Assembly (NCBI GenBank): GCA_019704295.1
Contig: AP024596.1
Coordinates: 1,504,001 to 1,568,000 of the forward strand
DNA length: 64,000 bases
Reading direction: 5' to 3'
Source of the DNA: Sulfolobales archaeon HS-7
GTDB lineage: Archaea > Thermoproteota > Thermoprotei_A > Sulfolobales > Sulfolobaceae
Shown here: in pieces, positions 21,037 through 31,370 of the stretch
Layout: each line of letters opens with the position of its first letter
Numbering within the stretch: position 1 is the stretch's first letter
Translations under genes and position numbers: made by a program
The notes under the pieces: generated by a model
Told to the model about the DNA's origin: nothing
Database searches by the model: none
Seen by the model: only the letters and a program-made list of their open reading frames with translations

Positions 21037-21570
21037 TCAAACTAAACCGCTTGTGAGTATCACAAACCCCACAGTGTAAAGTATGAATATTGCTACTGCT
21101 CTCATGTATTTTTCAGGAATTGAGTAAAATACCGCAAAGGAGAGACATAAAACGCTTAGAAAGCCGAGCAATCCCCCTAACACTGCGTAAATAAGAGCGT
21201 TAGTCATGAAGTACGCCGATATAATGAACATGTTGACTTCCACCCCCTCTGCCATTACTCCCAGTGCTGCGGTTATGAAGGAACCCTTTGGTGACGGGTA
21301 GTCCGAGAAGATGAAAAAAGTACCCATTCCTATGAAGAGGATACCGAGTAACATCTTGAGGTTGTGTTCCGCCGTATCCGTAATCAGTAACGGAAGAGCG
21401 TAATATACTCCCACACTCATCAGGAGCACTCCTGCTATTCCTGTCATCGTACCAAATGTTCCAGCTCTCTTATTTCCCCTCCTCCCCATGTAGGAGAACA
21501 TGGACATTTCCAATCCTTCGAAAACGCAGGGAAAAAAAGCCGTCAGAAAGGCGACTTCAGTGGGAAGCAC
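21037..21570 (-). CDS. Membrane protein with duplicated EGxE motifs (Ftr1/OFeT- or COG4280-like)
   Basis: About 6 TM, two internal halves carrying FEGLE and AEGVE. Confidence 0.6.
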   Translation of the reverse strand: MLPTEVAFLTAFFPCVFEGLEMSMFSYMGRRGNKRAGTFGTMTGIAGVLLMSVGVYYALPLLITDTAEHNLKMLLGILFIGMGTFFIFSDYPSPKGSFITAALGVMAEGVEVNMFIISAYFMTNALIYAVLGGLLGFLSVLCLSFAVFYSIPEKYMRAVAIFILYTVGFVILTSGLV

Positions 21571-23098
21571 GTATTTTTCCCCTAGCTAGAAGGGCACCAG
21601 ATCCCAGAAATCCTATCATTGATACCGTCATGTAATACTGAGAAACGAATTGATATATGTTGTTCGATTCGTATACGAAACCTGACAGGGCTAGCGTTAC
21701 GACCATTACTATGAAGGCATAGACCCTGAGGAACTTCTTCTTTACCGACGCAATTACCAGTCCAATCCCCACTACATTTAGAGGTAGCAGAAAACTAGTC
21801 TCCGGGATGGGGTAAACTGAGGAGTAACCCGAATGAGAGTTCACTGTAGCCACGTAGCCGTAGTGAACGGGGTACTGCAGAGGTACCGGATAGGACCAGT
21901 TCTCAGGTGATAGGATGATCGGTGCTCTAATTCGGGAGAAATTAAAGCTCTCCATTAAACCGTTAACTCCCTGTGCTGAGAGAGGAGTGATGTAAGGTAG
22001 ATTGAACACTTTATCAACGAATCCAAGAAGAGTATACCCCGACATAGTGTAGTTATTTACGTAAGCCTCCTTAGAGTAGGGAGATATAATGAGGAGAGGT
22101 ATTCTCTGCCCCAACCCGTAGTGATTTTCAGCGGGAGGTATTATCTGATCGTAGTAACCTCCACCCTCATCAAAGGTTATGAAGATTACGGAGGAGTTCC
22201 AGTATTTACTCTCCATAACCGCGTTTATAACTCGCGCTAATTGTACTTCCCCCTTAACCATATTATAAGGAGGATGCATGTCGTACTGGTCATTGTTACA
22301 CCCTAAAAACATCACCCAGGAAACAGCGGGTAGTGAACCGTTCTTAAGAGAGGAAATGAATTGTGATATCCCGAAGAAGTGGTCCTTATACGTCGAGATA
22401 CCGTTAAACGCGTTTAAAGGCCACGGTATTCCGCCTTGGTAGTCGTATGTGTAGTATCCCCAGCTTACATTGTTTTGAGTTAGCTGATACATGATGCTTT
22501 CATTAAGGGGACATACCCCGCTTGCCTCATCTGTGTAAAACGAGGGGGGTTGACCTGTTAGGTATGCGATTCTGTTTGGTTCGGTTAACCCCATTACCGG
22601 AGCATAGTAGTTGTCAGCCAATACGTATTCCTCAGCGTAATCCCAGAGGAGGCCCACCTGTTGATATGAAAAGTAGGCCATTGTCTGAGGTCCGGAATAG
22701 TATACGAAACCATCCGCAGTATCAAACCAGTAGTCACCGTGGTAGGAATTCCATCCCTCATAGGGATCTACCGTGGAATTGGCGTCAGCGTAATAAGGAT
22801 GATAAACGCCTAGCTCAGGCAACCAGGGTACGTTGGGAACGGATATATAACTTAACTCCCCGTTTGAGTCCTCAAGCTGGGATAGATTATAGTACAATCC
22901 GACAGGCCTCATCACAGACAGTGTTATGTTGTTGACAATTGGTTTCCATCCAAAAGGATAAGTCCCAAAAATGTTATCGAATGAATGGTTTTCCTCTATG
23001 ATAATGATTACGTGCTTTATAGGAAAGGACGCCTGAGAATTAATTACGGGAATAACCGAAATAATTATCAAAATTCCCAACAGAAACCATCTAATCAT
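21557..23098 (-). CDS. Phosphoesterase family (AcpA acid phosphatase/phospholipase C), exported with C-terminal TM anchor
   Basis: IKHVIIIIEENHSFDN, TxPNR, DMHPP, ITFDEGGGYYD, G.RIP..IISP. Confidence 0.9.
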   Translation of the reverse strand: MIRWFLLGILIIISVIPVINSQASFPIKHVIIIIEENHSFDNIFGTYPFGWKPIVNNITLSVMRPVGLYYNLSQLEDSNGELSYISVPNVPWLPELGVYHPYYADANSTVDPYEGWNSYHGDYWFDTADGFVYYSGPQTMAYFSYQQVGLLWDYAEEYVLADNYYAPVMGLTEPNRIAYLTGQPPSFYTDEASGVCPLNESIMYQLTQNNVSWGYYTYDYQGGIPWPLNAFNGISTYKDHFFGISQFISSLKNGSLPAVSWVMFLGCNNDQYDMHPPYNMVKGEVQLARVINAVMESKYWNSSVIFITFDEGGGYYDQIIPPAENHYGLGQRIPLLIISPYSKEAYVNNYTMSGYTLLGFVDKVFNLPYITPLSAQGVNGLMESFNFSRIRAPIILSPENWSYPVPLQYPVHYGYVATVNSHSGYSSVYPIPETSFLLPLNVVGIGLVIASVKKKFLRVYAFIVMVVTLALSGFVYESNNIYQFVSQYYMTVSMIGFLGSGALLARGKIRASH

Positions 23099-23596
23099 AA
23101 TGAAATTAATGGGTAAAGGTTATTAAATTCTTGTTTCGCTTTTATTTACCCGATTAGCTATATATTCTATATAATTTCGTAAAGCAAAGTTAGGAAAGTG
23201 TCGGCATAGCAACGAACAATCTATCTTTACAAGCCTTAATAGGATTAGCGGTTGTTCTAATTTTCCTCGTTAATAGCTTATTCTCAGTATTATCAAGAAA
23301 TCTTTTTTGATACCTCTTTGAGTGAAAAAGTGCGGTGCATTTCCCTATAATTGTTAAAATACTTTTATGAAATACCCTTAATTTGATGAAAATATTTAGG
23401 ATACGTTAAAGTAGAATAGCTACTTTTAGGACCTTAAAAGGGAATTAAGTCCTTTTTTACAGGAAACCACAATAATCCCAAATGCTTGGGGAGATACTAG
23501 AGTAAAACGCAAGAAAGTTTTAAAGAGTAAAATTATGCCTAAACGCAATTTTTCCCAAAAACAGAGTAATAAACACCTATTAATTAGTCCACTTCT

Positions 23597-24439
23597 TTAG
23601 AACTTTACCTCCTTGTTATTGACCATGGCGATAGCGCCCTTCTTCTTTAGGTAATTGACTATGTCCAATTTTTTTGCATAGGCAGCGTAAGCTAATGGTG
23701 TGTTTCCAAAGCTATCAACAGCATTGATATCCGCACCTTCATCAACTAGGTATTTCGTTGTTTCAAGGTTAGCCTCCACCGCTCGAAACAGCGGCGTCCT
23801 CTTGTGGCATCCGATTATATTCGGTTCGTGGTATATGTCCATAAGGAACTTTAGAAAACGCACTTGCCCTGCGGCGGCTGCGGTGTGATATGGGGTAATT
23901 AAATTCTCTCCACTTTGATCCACTCTCGCGCCGTATTGAATGAGGATCTTAGCCGTCTCAATATCGCCACTTACACCAGTTATCGCCAGAACGTTCATGA
24001 CGCAATTTCTCTGTTCTTTACTAGTTATGATAATTCCAATGTCGGCCCCAGCGTCCAGGATTAGCTTGACCAGTTTAGGATCTCTCCTCAATGTGGCTAA
24101 CGCCAGAGGGTGAGGAGAATTCCCCGTTAAATTAACGTTTGCCCCATGTTTAATTAGAGCGTTGATCAATAAGTAGTTAATCTGCTTTGAACTTAGTGCG
24201 AGTTGTAAAGGCGTATACATCAACTGTGATTTACCAGTGGGTTCGCTTATGACGTCGGGATTTGCCCCATATTCAAGCAACGTTTCAACGATAGGAAGAT
24301 TATTTTGCTCAACCGCTACATGTAAAGGGGTGACTCCATTCCTCTTAGAGTTCACATCTATACCCCTCATTAAGAAATCCTTTACTTTAACTACGTCGTT
24401 CCTCCGTATACTCTCAAAGAATTCATCAATATCTGACAT
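23597..24439 (-). CDS. Ankyrin-repeat protein (about 7-8 repeats)
   Basis: Repeated TPLH.A / LL..GA.VN motifs. Confidence 0.92.
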   Translation of the reverse strand: MSDIDEFFESIRRNDVVKVKDFLMRGIDVNSKRNGVTPLHVAVEQNNLPIVETLLEYGANPDVISEPTGKSQLMYTPLQLALSSKQINYLLINALIKHGANVNLTGNSPHPLALATLRRDPKLVKLILDAGADIGIIITSKEQRNCVMNVLAITGVSGDIETAKILIQYGARVDQSGENLITPYHTAAAAGQVRFLKFLMDIYHEPNIIGCHKRTPLFRAVEANLETTKYLVDEGADINAVDSFGNTPLAYAAYAKKLDIVNYLKKKGAIAMVNNKEVKF

Positions 24440-24531
24440 AAGTAATGCTTATAAACTGCTGTTTTTAAAACTGTCTCAACATTTACTGATAAAGGAACCA
24501 ATGCGGAACAAATACAATCCCTCGAGAGAGT

Positions 24532-25938
24532 GTCCTGAACACAGATAATTGAATAAAATGTATGTATAAGTTGGCTGAGTATCTTTCAAAAGAGAAGATG
24601 ATCCAGTGAGAAATCTTGAATTTTCTCTCAACCTCAAAAGTTGCGTAATACTCATAGGAAATGGGGACATTCTAATACCGATGGACGAGATACCTTAGAT
24701 ACAATACTACAACGGTTGGATTTACTATGAGTACTTGTATTCAAGGCATAAGACTCTTTTAAAAAGGAACTAGATGTTGGTCGCGTCATAAGCGTTGTCG
24801 CATCTAAATGATGTCTTGACGTTGAGGGCGTTAATAGTCATGATCATGTGGAGATGTTCCTATAGGGACGTGTGAAGCCTTTACATGACGACCGTGGTGG
24901 TAAGGAGTTTCCTAGGACGAGTCCAGTTGAGTTCCACAAGAGGGCTAGGGTGATAAGGGAAGTATTCAAGGTATTCAAGAAACCATTAGAGGAATTAGAG
25001 TGGAGGTTGAGCTTACTAGCCGGCTACATACCAAATGCGTTGCATGGGAGGGTTTGGAAGCACTGCATGGACTCCTTCATGATCGAAGGTCCCTTCGGAA
25101 AAGGCTAAGGTTAGTTCTGCAGATCTCTTTTCTCCCGTGAGGTGTAACGTGATGAGCTAATTCGCGGCTAGAGGGAAACAAAAGCCCTCTTAGTTCCTTA
25201 AAGAGTTCATCAACAAGGCTTTACAGCACGTCAGCCTGAGTTACGTTGTTGCCGACGCTAGATTCCTCAACCTCGAGATCCTCAAGGAGTTACCCGCTAA
25301 AACCGTGATCAGACCAAAGAGCAACTTGAGGGGAGTCAAGGCACTCTTTGCCTAGCCCCTTAGCGTGAAATATTATGTGGTTAAGGACAGAGCTTACGTT
25401 GCCTATAGGGAGATAGAGTACAATTGACTCTGCTACTGCGACGTGATTTACGTGAAGAGAAACCAACGTCCTTCGTTTTCGCGTTCCACATTACGGAGGA
25501 TCGTTATCGCTTGGATAAGACCTAGAGGTTGAGGTGTAAAGGAGGGCTTGAAGACCAGGAAGGCGAGGATTCAACTCATCGGGAGGTTGAGGAACAGAAA
25601 CTTCCTCTACCTGATCTAGCGATCCTCGACACTTCCCGGAACTTGTACCTCTTCATCTCGTTTAGCTTCAAGGCACAGGAAAGAAGCCCCTACAGTTTGA
25701 CAAGTTCGTCAATCTCTTCTAGGCGTTTTCAGATTAAAGGCGGATTATGTACCTCGTTTTGAACTCTTGAGATAAATTCAAAACTTCTAGTATTCATTGA
25801 AGTTAACTTGTAAAATATACCAGATTATCACTAAATATGTCCTGTTATCCTATATTTGAGTTAAATTAACCCTACATTTTCACATACAGATTACTCTAAT
25901 AATATCTTACAATCATGAGATTTTTTGGCGAAACGAGA
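24532..25938 (+). mobile_element. Decayed IS (ISC1217-like DDE transposase pseudogene); boundaries approximate
   Basis: Frameshifted fragments TLRALIVMIMWRCSYRDV, DSF.IE.PFGK, YVVADA.F; 3' half homologous to 42414-42990; family assignment from recall. Confidence 0.65.
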
Positions 25939-26039
25939 TGGAGAGACTAAACCGTTCATTGCTAGAATTAACGGACTTGTTTAGAAGTTAAGGGCTTATA
26001 CTAGTAAGGTATATATATTAGTGATTTTTATCTTCTACT

Positions 26040-26264
26040 ATGAAGGTGAAAGTTACTAGGAACTTTCAGATTACCATACCCTCCGAGATAAGAGAAAAGT
26101 CAGGGATAAAGGAGGGGGATTACGTCGAAATAACTTTGGACGAAACTGGAACTATACTAGTCAGACCGTATAAAAGGAAGTGGACTACAATGAGGTTGAA
26201 TAGAAGGGTGAGTCAAGGGGATATAGATAAGGCAGTTGAGGAAGCGCTAAATGATAATAGTTGA
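26040..26264 (+). CDS. vapB: AbrB/MazE-fold antitoxin
   Basis: KVTRNFQITIPSEIREK.GIKEGDYV; overlaps PIN toxin gene. Confidence 0.9.
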   Translation: MKVKVTRNFQITIPSEIREKSGIKEGDYVEITLDETGTILVRPYKRKWTTMRLNRRVSQGDIDKAVEEALNDNS

Positions 26265-26640
26265 TACAAACGTATTAGTTTACTCGACTTTTGAAGATTC
26301 CGAAAACCACACCAGAGCTTTGGATATAATACAGAGAGAGGACGTTAAAATCCCTCAGATAGTGGTTTATGAGTTTTTATGGGTTTTGGCAAAGGTTACG
26401 TCGAATGTTTCCGTGATAAACACTAAGGTTGAGGAGTTAAGGGAGTTTGAAATTATATGCGAGGGGCCGGAAACTGTGCTTGTCGGGGTAAAGATGTTGA
26501 AGGAAGACAGGAAACCTCTGAGAATGCTTAACGATTACGTTATTCTCGCACTAGCTAAGGGGGTGAAAGGGGATTTGGCGACATACGACGAGAAGTTAAG
26601 GAAAATTGCTAAAAAACGCGGTGTAAGAGTAATTCCTTAA
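26251..26640 (+). CDS. vapC: PIN-domain VapC toxin
   Basis: IVDTNVLV, E, NDY.I, LATYDEKL. Confidence 0.9.
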   Translation: MIIVDTNVLVYSTFEDSENHTRALDIIQREDVKIPQIVVYEFLWVLAKVTSNVSVINTKVEELREFEIICEGPETVLVGVKMLKEDRKPLRMLNDYVILALAKGVKGDLATYDEKLRKIAKKRGVRVIP

Positions 26641-26805
26641 GTTTTGAGCCCAGTTATTGCTGAACCCTTTTCGGTGTTGATAGGTCTTTCCGTTAAAATT
26701 TGATATTATTTACGGCGTTGTCAACAGTTTCCCTAGACCGTAAAGTTTATGTTATTTCCGTGAATCTTATGCAATCCTAAGACCTAAAGAAGTTGACAGC
26801 GTTTA

Positions 26806-27250
26806 GGGGCTGTTCACGCGTTCATTGCAAATTAACTTTATTTTATCAGTTGGAAATTAACTAATTCATTGTAGATTGGTAATATCAAATAGGAGACGAG
26901 CCGGAGATAATACCATGGAACAACCTGAATTACCAAGTATCACCGAGTGTAGTATTACCTTTTAGTTAATCCACCTTCCGCAGAACACGTTATCAAACAA
27001 ATCGGTCGAGGAGAAGAAAAGCCCTTGAGGAGGAGATAAGTCTAAAGTAGGGAAGAGGGGGTTAAGAGGAAAGGACACTCTAGTTTCCGCTTCCTCAAGG
27101 GCATCGTGCTGTTAACGGAGAATAGAGGAAGATCTACAACGTTTTACGTTAGCGTGAAATTACCCGTCTTGTGCAAGGATGATAAGAGGGTGAAAACCCG
27201 CGTGGAGGAGGAAATAGAGAGTCATTCCTCACTTTCTTTTCATATTCGTG
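26806..27250 (+). mobile_element. Truncated left-end copy of the decayed IS at 36005-37112
   Basis: 26812-27250 matches 36011-36449 (439 bp; 4 substitutions seen); begins with TIR ggggctgttcacgcgttcattgcaaatt. Confidence 0.85.
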
Positions 27251-27793
27251 ACAATGTTCAATCTGCAATAAATGTTATTTACTTTTAAAACTGAATTTCA
27301 ATATATATGAATAACCTACCCCACACTACTCAATTAGAACAATAACAGAAGGAGATCCAGAGTGATTAAACTTCTTTGCTAATTTCCTATGATTAAATTA
27401 TCCGGCAACATTCTCAGTAAACTTCGAACTCGTTACGTTGAAAACCCAATTTTTAGCTCTGATCATTAAAAGATATATAGTTAGTTACGACTAATTATAT
27501 TAACTAATTTTATATTATGTCTTCTTATCTTATTAAACGAATTTAATTCTGGAGAGACGTATTTCATAACTTTTTACTTCATCAAGTCGTTCATGTTAAT
27601 TACGTATTATTCCGGTAACACATAAGAGAAGTAATATGCTCGTTACAAGCCTATCCCTCCCTTTTCTCCCCAATAGTGTAGATATTATTAAGGAAAATTA
27701 TTTTGCATTGACTGTAAAGTGGTGCACACGTAGTCTATCTCTTTACAAAAAAGGAAAGATAGGTTAATATATGGCACAGTTTAAAAAAAGAGT

Positions 27794-28522
27794 ATGAGAT
27801 GCGTTTATTGCGACCATGCACTACCGAATGATGCAGCTAGTTACGCATCGAGCAGATGTGATTTCTGCGGCAACCCTAATAACTGGGGTAACGTCTTTCT
27901 TCATTTTAGAATTAGAAACTTAATTAAGAACTGCGAGAAACAATATTATGCGGGAATAGGATATCGTCCGTTGTGTTTAATAAGTACTGCGTTAGATTTC
28001 ACCGATAAGGGAGTAATAAACTTCAAGCCCCAAGTAAGTTCGTTTTACGAAGCGTTAATTAGATGCAGTCGTTCTGGTTTTTTTGAGGTTACGTGGCATT
28101 GCGATGAGCTCTTCAGGGAGGACATTATCATAGAGAAAATGGGAGTTTACGTGAACATTCCGGAATCGTACAGAAAAAGACATAATAATAATAGAGTGGC
28201 GTTCATTAATAGTCGTGGTGTACATATTTATGATGAGGATAATGTTACAGTAGAATTAGTTAAGGAATTAGTTAAGGGAGAATTGAGCGGAGGGAAAAAG
28301 GAGGACGATAGAAACCTATACAGCGAATTTGCAATGACTCCGTATGATAAGGTGAGGCAGATAATGATAAGGTCCCATGATACCTTTACCTATGTAGAAT
28401 TCTCGACGAAGTCCACATCTCCCGTAAGAAGATTATCTGGGGCGCTACCCAATATTCCAACTGACAGGGTTATTGAGCTGTTTAGGGGAACGCCGGCAGA
28501 GAACCTAATAAAGGTAAAATAA
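27794..28522 (+). CDS. Hypothetical Zn-ribbon protein, paralogue 1 (possible C-terminal PH-like domain)
   Basis: CxxC...CxxC N-terminus; clear paralogue of 28890-29591; TATA upstream. Confidence 0.75.
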   Translation: MRCVYCDHALPNDAASYASSRCDFCGNPNNWGNVFLHFRIRNLIKNCEKQYYAGIGYRPLCLISTALDFTDKGVINFKPQVSSFYEALIRCSRSGFFEVTWHCDELFREDIIIEKMGVYVNIPESYRKRHNNNRVAFINSRGVHIYDEDNVTVELVKELVKGELSGGKKEDDRNLYSEFAMTPYDKVRQIMIRSHDTFTYVEFSTKSTSPVRRLSGALPNIPTDRVIELFRGTPAENLIKVK

Positions 28523-28660
28523 GCTGGCTTTTCCGAACTCTATCCAGGGACTCATAGAGTTTTCCGATCTCCTCTCATATTCCCAGACTTCTTATGACAC
28601 CATTTAACTTATTTCTCATGGCGTTACTCCTTCCCTTGTAAATAGTAGTATTACGTAATG

Positions 28661-28823
28661 TGAGCTATTCGGATTTCCATTGCGAATTGTGATTATTGTA
28701 AAGCGGCATTAGATTGAGGAAATTGTTAAACGCCAATCTCTACCTATTTCACACGATTATATTCAATTAAATTTATCTAATTTTTTAATAAACTGAATTC
28801 ACAATGAATACGTAAACGGCCCC
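28661..28823. mobile_element. 163-bp MITE sharing TIRs with the IS at 36005-37112
   Basis: Left tgagctattcggatttccattgcgaatt; right end reverse complement ggggccgtttacgtattcattgtgaatt; both align with the IS TIRs. Confidence 0.7.
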
Positions 28824-28889
28824 CTCTAACTTCCAACAATATAGATAAGGAAAGAAAAATTAATATATAGTATACTCTAAAGGAACTTT

Positions 28890-29591
28890 ATGAGGTGTGC
28901 TTATTGCGATCACGTATTACCAAATGACGTAGCTACTTACGGTTCTGGTAGATGTAACTTCTGCGGTAACGTAAGCAATTGGGGTAACGCCTTACTTTAT
29001 TTGAGAATCAGGAACATAGTGAGAGGATGCGATTGGCGACATCGCGTAACTCGAAGACATTATCACCCCAAGTGCATAATGAGTACCGCGTTAGATTTCA
29101 CTGATGTGGGAGTTATAAACTTCAAGCCTCAAATAAGCTCTTTCTACGAGGTATTAGTAAGATGTGCCCGCAGAGGTCTTTTCCACGTTAAGTATTATTG
29201 TGATGAGCTCTTCAGGGAGGACATCATCATAGAGAAAATGGGAGTTTACGTGAACATTCCGGAATCGCATAAAACCACTCATGATAATACCAGGGTAGCC
29301 CTTATTGATAGGAGGGGGATACACATATATGACGGGACCATTTCTTTGATAATGGCACCAATCATAGGAGGGAAGAAGGAGGACGAAAAAAGTCTGTATA
29401 GTGAATTCATGATGATTCCATATAGTCATATAAAGCGAATATTAATTCAGGCCCATGATACCTTTACCGCAATATCGGTTTTAGCTACGTCTGGTTCTCC
29501 TGTAAATGGCTCGCTACCCAATATATCCGTCAATAGGATTATTGAGCTGTTTAGGGAGACGCCGGCAGAGAGCCTTGTTAAGGTAGTGTAA
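28890..29591 (+). CDS. Hypothetical Zn-ribbon protein, paralogue 2
   Basis: Same architecture and conserved Cys as 27794-28522. Confidence 0.75.
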   Translation: MRCAYCDHVLPNDVATYGSGRCNFCGNVSNWGNALLYLRIRNIVRGCDWRHRVTRRHYHPKCIMSTALDFTDVGVINFKPQISSFYEVLVRCARRGLFHVKYYCDELFREDIIIEKMGVYVNIPESHKTTHDNTRVALIDRRGIHIYDGTISLIMAPIIGGKKEDEKSLYSEFMMIPYSHIKRILIQAHDTFTAISVLATSGSPVNGSLPNISVNRIIELFRETPAESLVKVV

Positions 29592-29941
29592 GTTGCCTTT
29601 TAGCAATGCGGTAAATAACTTCGAGAGTTCTCTCAATTCTTGGTTGTTGGTTCAGTTAAATTCTTCCCATTCTCAACTTTCTACGCTCATGTACAGTATT
29701 TATACCATTTCACGAAAATCTTTCCTCTTTTCGCTAACCAGGACTACCTAGTATTACACTATATCCCTCACATTGCTATACACTCATTCCTAGCTTCACT
29801 AAGGCGAAGTTTTAAAAAATTGAGGACTATTTTCCCATCTCGTATCACTAACGATTGTCATCATTGATTTCAAGGGTAAGTTTCTCCTCAAGATTCATAG
29901 TACGAGTGATACATTCCTTTCTCTCCACGATGAGGAAATAG

Positions 29942-31012
29942 TTACTTTAACACTGCATATCTAACTATCGGGTCAGCAATCCTGTATTCCTCTCCATTCC
30001 TCTCTATGAATCCCATACTCTTAAGCTTGTTTAATTCCCTGAAGAGAGTGGTATTACTGACCCTCTTTCCCGTACTGGCAGTAACGTAGTCCATTATGTT
30101 CTTCCACCTAGCCTTTCCTAAGCTGGCTACAGCCTTAAGTATTAGAAGGTAGTAGGGACTCCTCGCCTCTAGTTCCTTTAATTCCTCTCTAACTAAATTG
30201 GAACCTATCTCCTTCACCTCCTCTATAGCTTCCTCCTTCTTTTCCAGATATAATTTGCCGAAGTACACTAACCAACCTACAATACCGTCTAGCTCCTTTA
30301 CAGCCTCTTCTATCACGCTTTCCTTAACTTCAACGTTTACTTCCTTAAACCCTCTCCTTAAGAACTCCTTAGATTTATCTTCGTTAAATGACTTTAACTC
30401 TACTGTGAAATAGTACCTACCGTAAAGTTCTGATTTCGGTTCGTCAAAACTTAAAAAGTCATGAAGTAAACCAACTTCACTTCCTGTCACGATTAACGTT
30501 ATTCCCCTCATGTAGTCGTAAACGTGAGCAAAGAATGGGCGTAAACCCAATGTAGAGTATTTTAAGTATTGGGCTTCATCAAAAACTATAGGTATCTTAC
30601 CTTTTCTAAGTCCTATCTCGTTAAGGGCTTCGAATACCTTATTCAAACTGTCCTTTACATCGTCTTTTACTCTCACTCTAACAGGATATTCGATTTCTAT
30701 TCCGAGTTTTTCAAATACATTTCTCACATATGCTTTCTTGCTAAGTTTGGTTAGGGAGGAGTAAATTTCCTCCAAAAGCTTCTCAACATACACTTTTCTG
30801 GTTGAACTGTCATACACCTTTCTTACGTCTACGAAGGCATAATCTACCCCGAGCGAGTTTAATGTAGAGAGGATTAAACTCGATTTCCCTATTCTTCTTA
30901 TTCCTAAGATTAAGATCAACCTTTCATTGAGTCCCCCCTTTAATTTCTCAACTTCCTCTTCCCTACCGAACAAATCACTTAATGACGTTTTAGGTTCCGT
31001 ATCGAAAAGCAA
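29942..31012 (-). CDS. Archaeal ATPase (AAA/STAND-like) with C-terminal winged helix
   Basis: LFGREEE, G.RRIGKSS Walker A, FDEAQ Walker B, TGSE.G, YRIADP. Confidence 0.9.
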   Translation of the reverse strand: MLFDTEPKTSLSDLFGREEEVEKLKGGLNERLILILGIRRIGKSSLILSTLNSLGVDYAFVDVRKVYDSSTRKVYVEKLLEEIYSSLTKLSKKAYVRNVFEKLGIEIEYPVRVRVKDDVKDSLNKVFEALNEIGLRKGKIPIVFDEAQYLKYSTLGLRPFFAHVYDYMRGITLIVTGSEVGLLHDFLSFDEPKSELYGRYYFTVELKSFNEDKSKEFLRRGFKEVNVEVKESVIEEAVKELDGIVGWLVYFGKLYLEKKEEAIEEVKEIGSNLVREELKELEARSPYYLLILKAVASLGKARWKNIMDYVTASTGKRVSNTTLFRELNKLKSMGFIERNGEEYRIADPIVRYAVLK

Positions 31013-31049
31013 GTTACACCCCTGTAACTTAGTTACACCCCTGTAACTT
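31011..31049. promoter_or_regulatory. Tandem palindromic repeat 2x AGTTACA-cccc-TGTAACT between TATA box and start codon of the ATPase
   Basis: aagttacacccctgtaactt agttacacccctgtaactt, 19-bp period, perfect 7-bp arms. Confidence 0.8.
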
Positions 31050-31370
31050 AAAAACCTTAATGTGAATAAGTTGTGGGGGTTTTGGCTTCATGAAATATAA
31101 TGATATTTCATATTAATTCTCAGCCCTTGGACTTTACCGAAGTTACGGGGCATTGCCCGGTTCATCCTTCTTCGTCCCTCTAATAAGATAGCCTACGCCC
31201 GCTCATAGATGTGAGAAAACCCTACATCTTGTCCCCTGTTACCCTTTGGGAAAGGCGATTCGTATCTATGAAAAGATCTATGAAATGTTTTTATGACAAA
31301 ATACATAAACTTCACGGTTTATTAGAAACTGTTGACAGCGGCAAACTCAAACGGATCCAATCAATAACTT

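Noticed and set aside
27794-29591. Diversity-generating retroelement explanation for the paralogue pair
   Set aside because: No reverse transcriptase in the window; differences are not adenine-specific
31120-31310. Possible IS605 right-end relic and 63-aa ORF
   Set aside because: No recognisable TnpB residues; resemblance too vague
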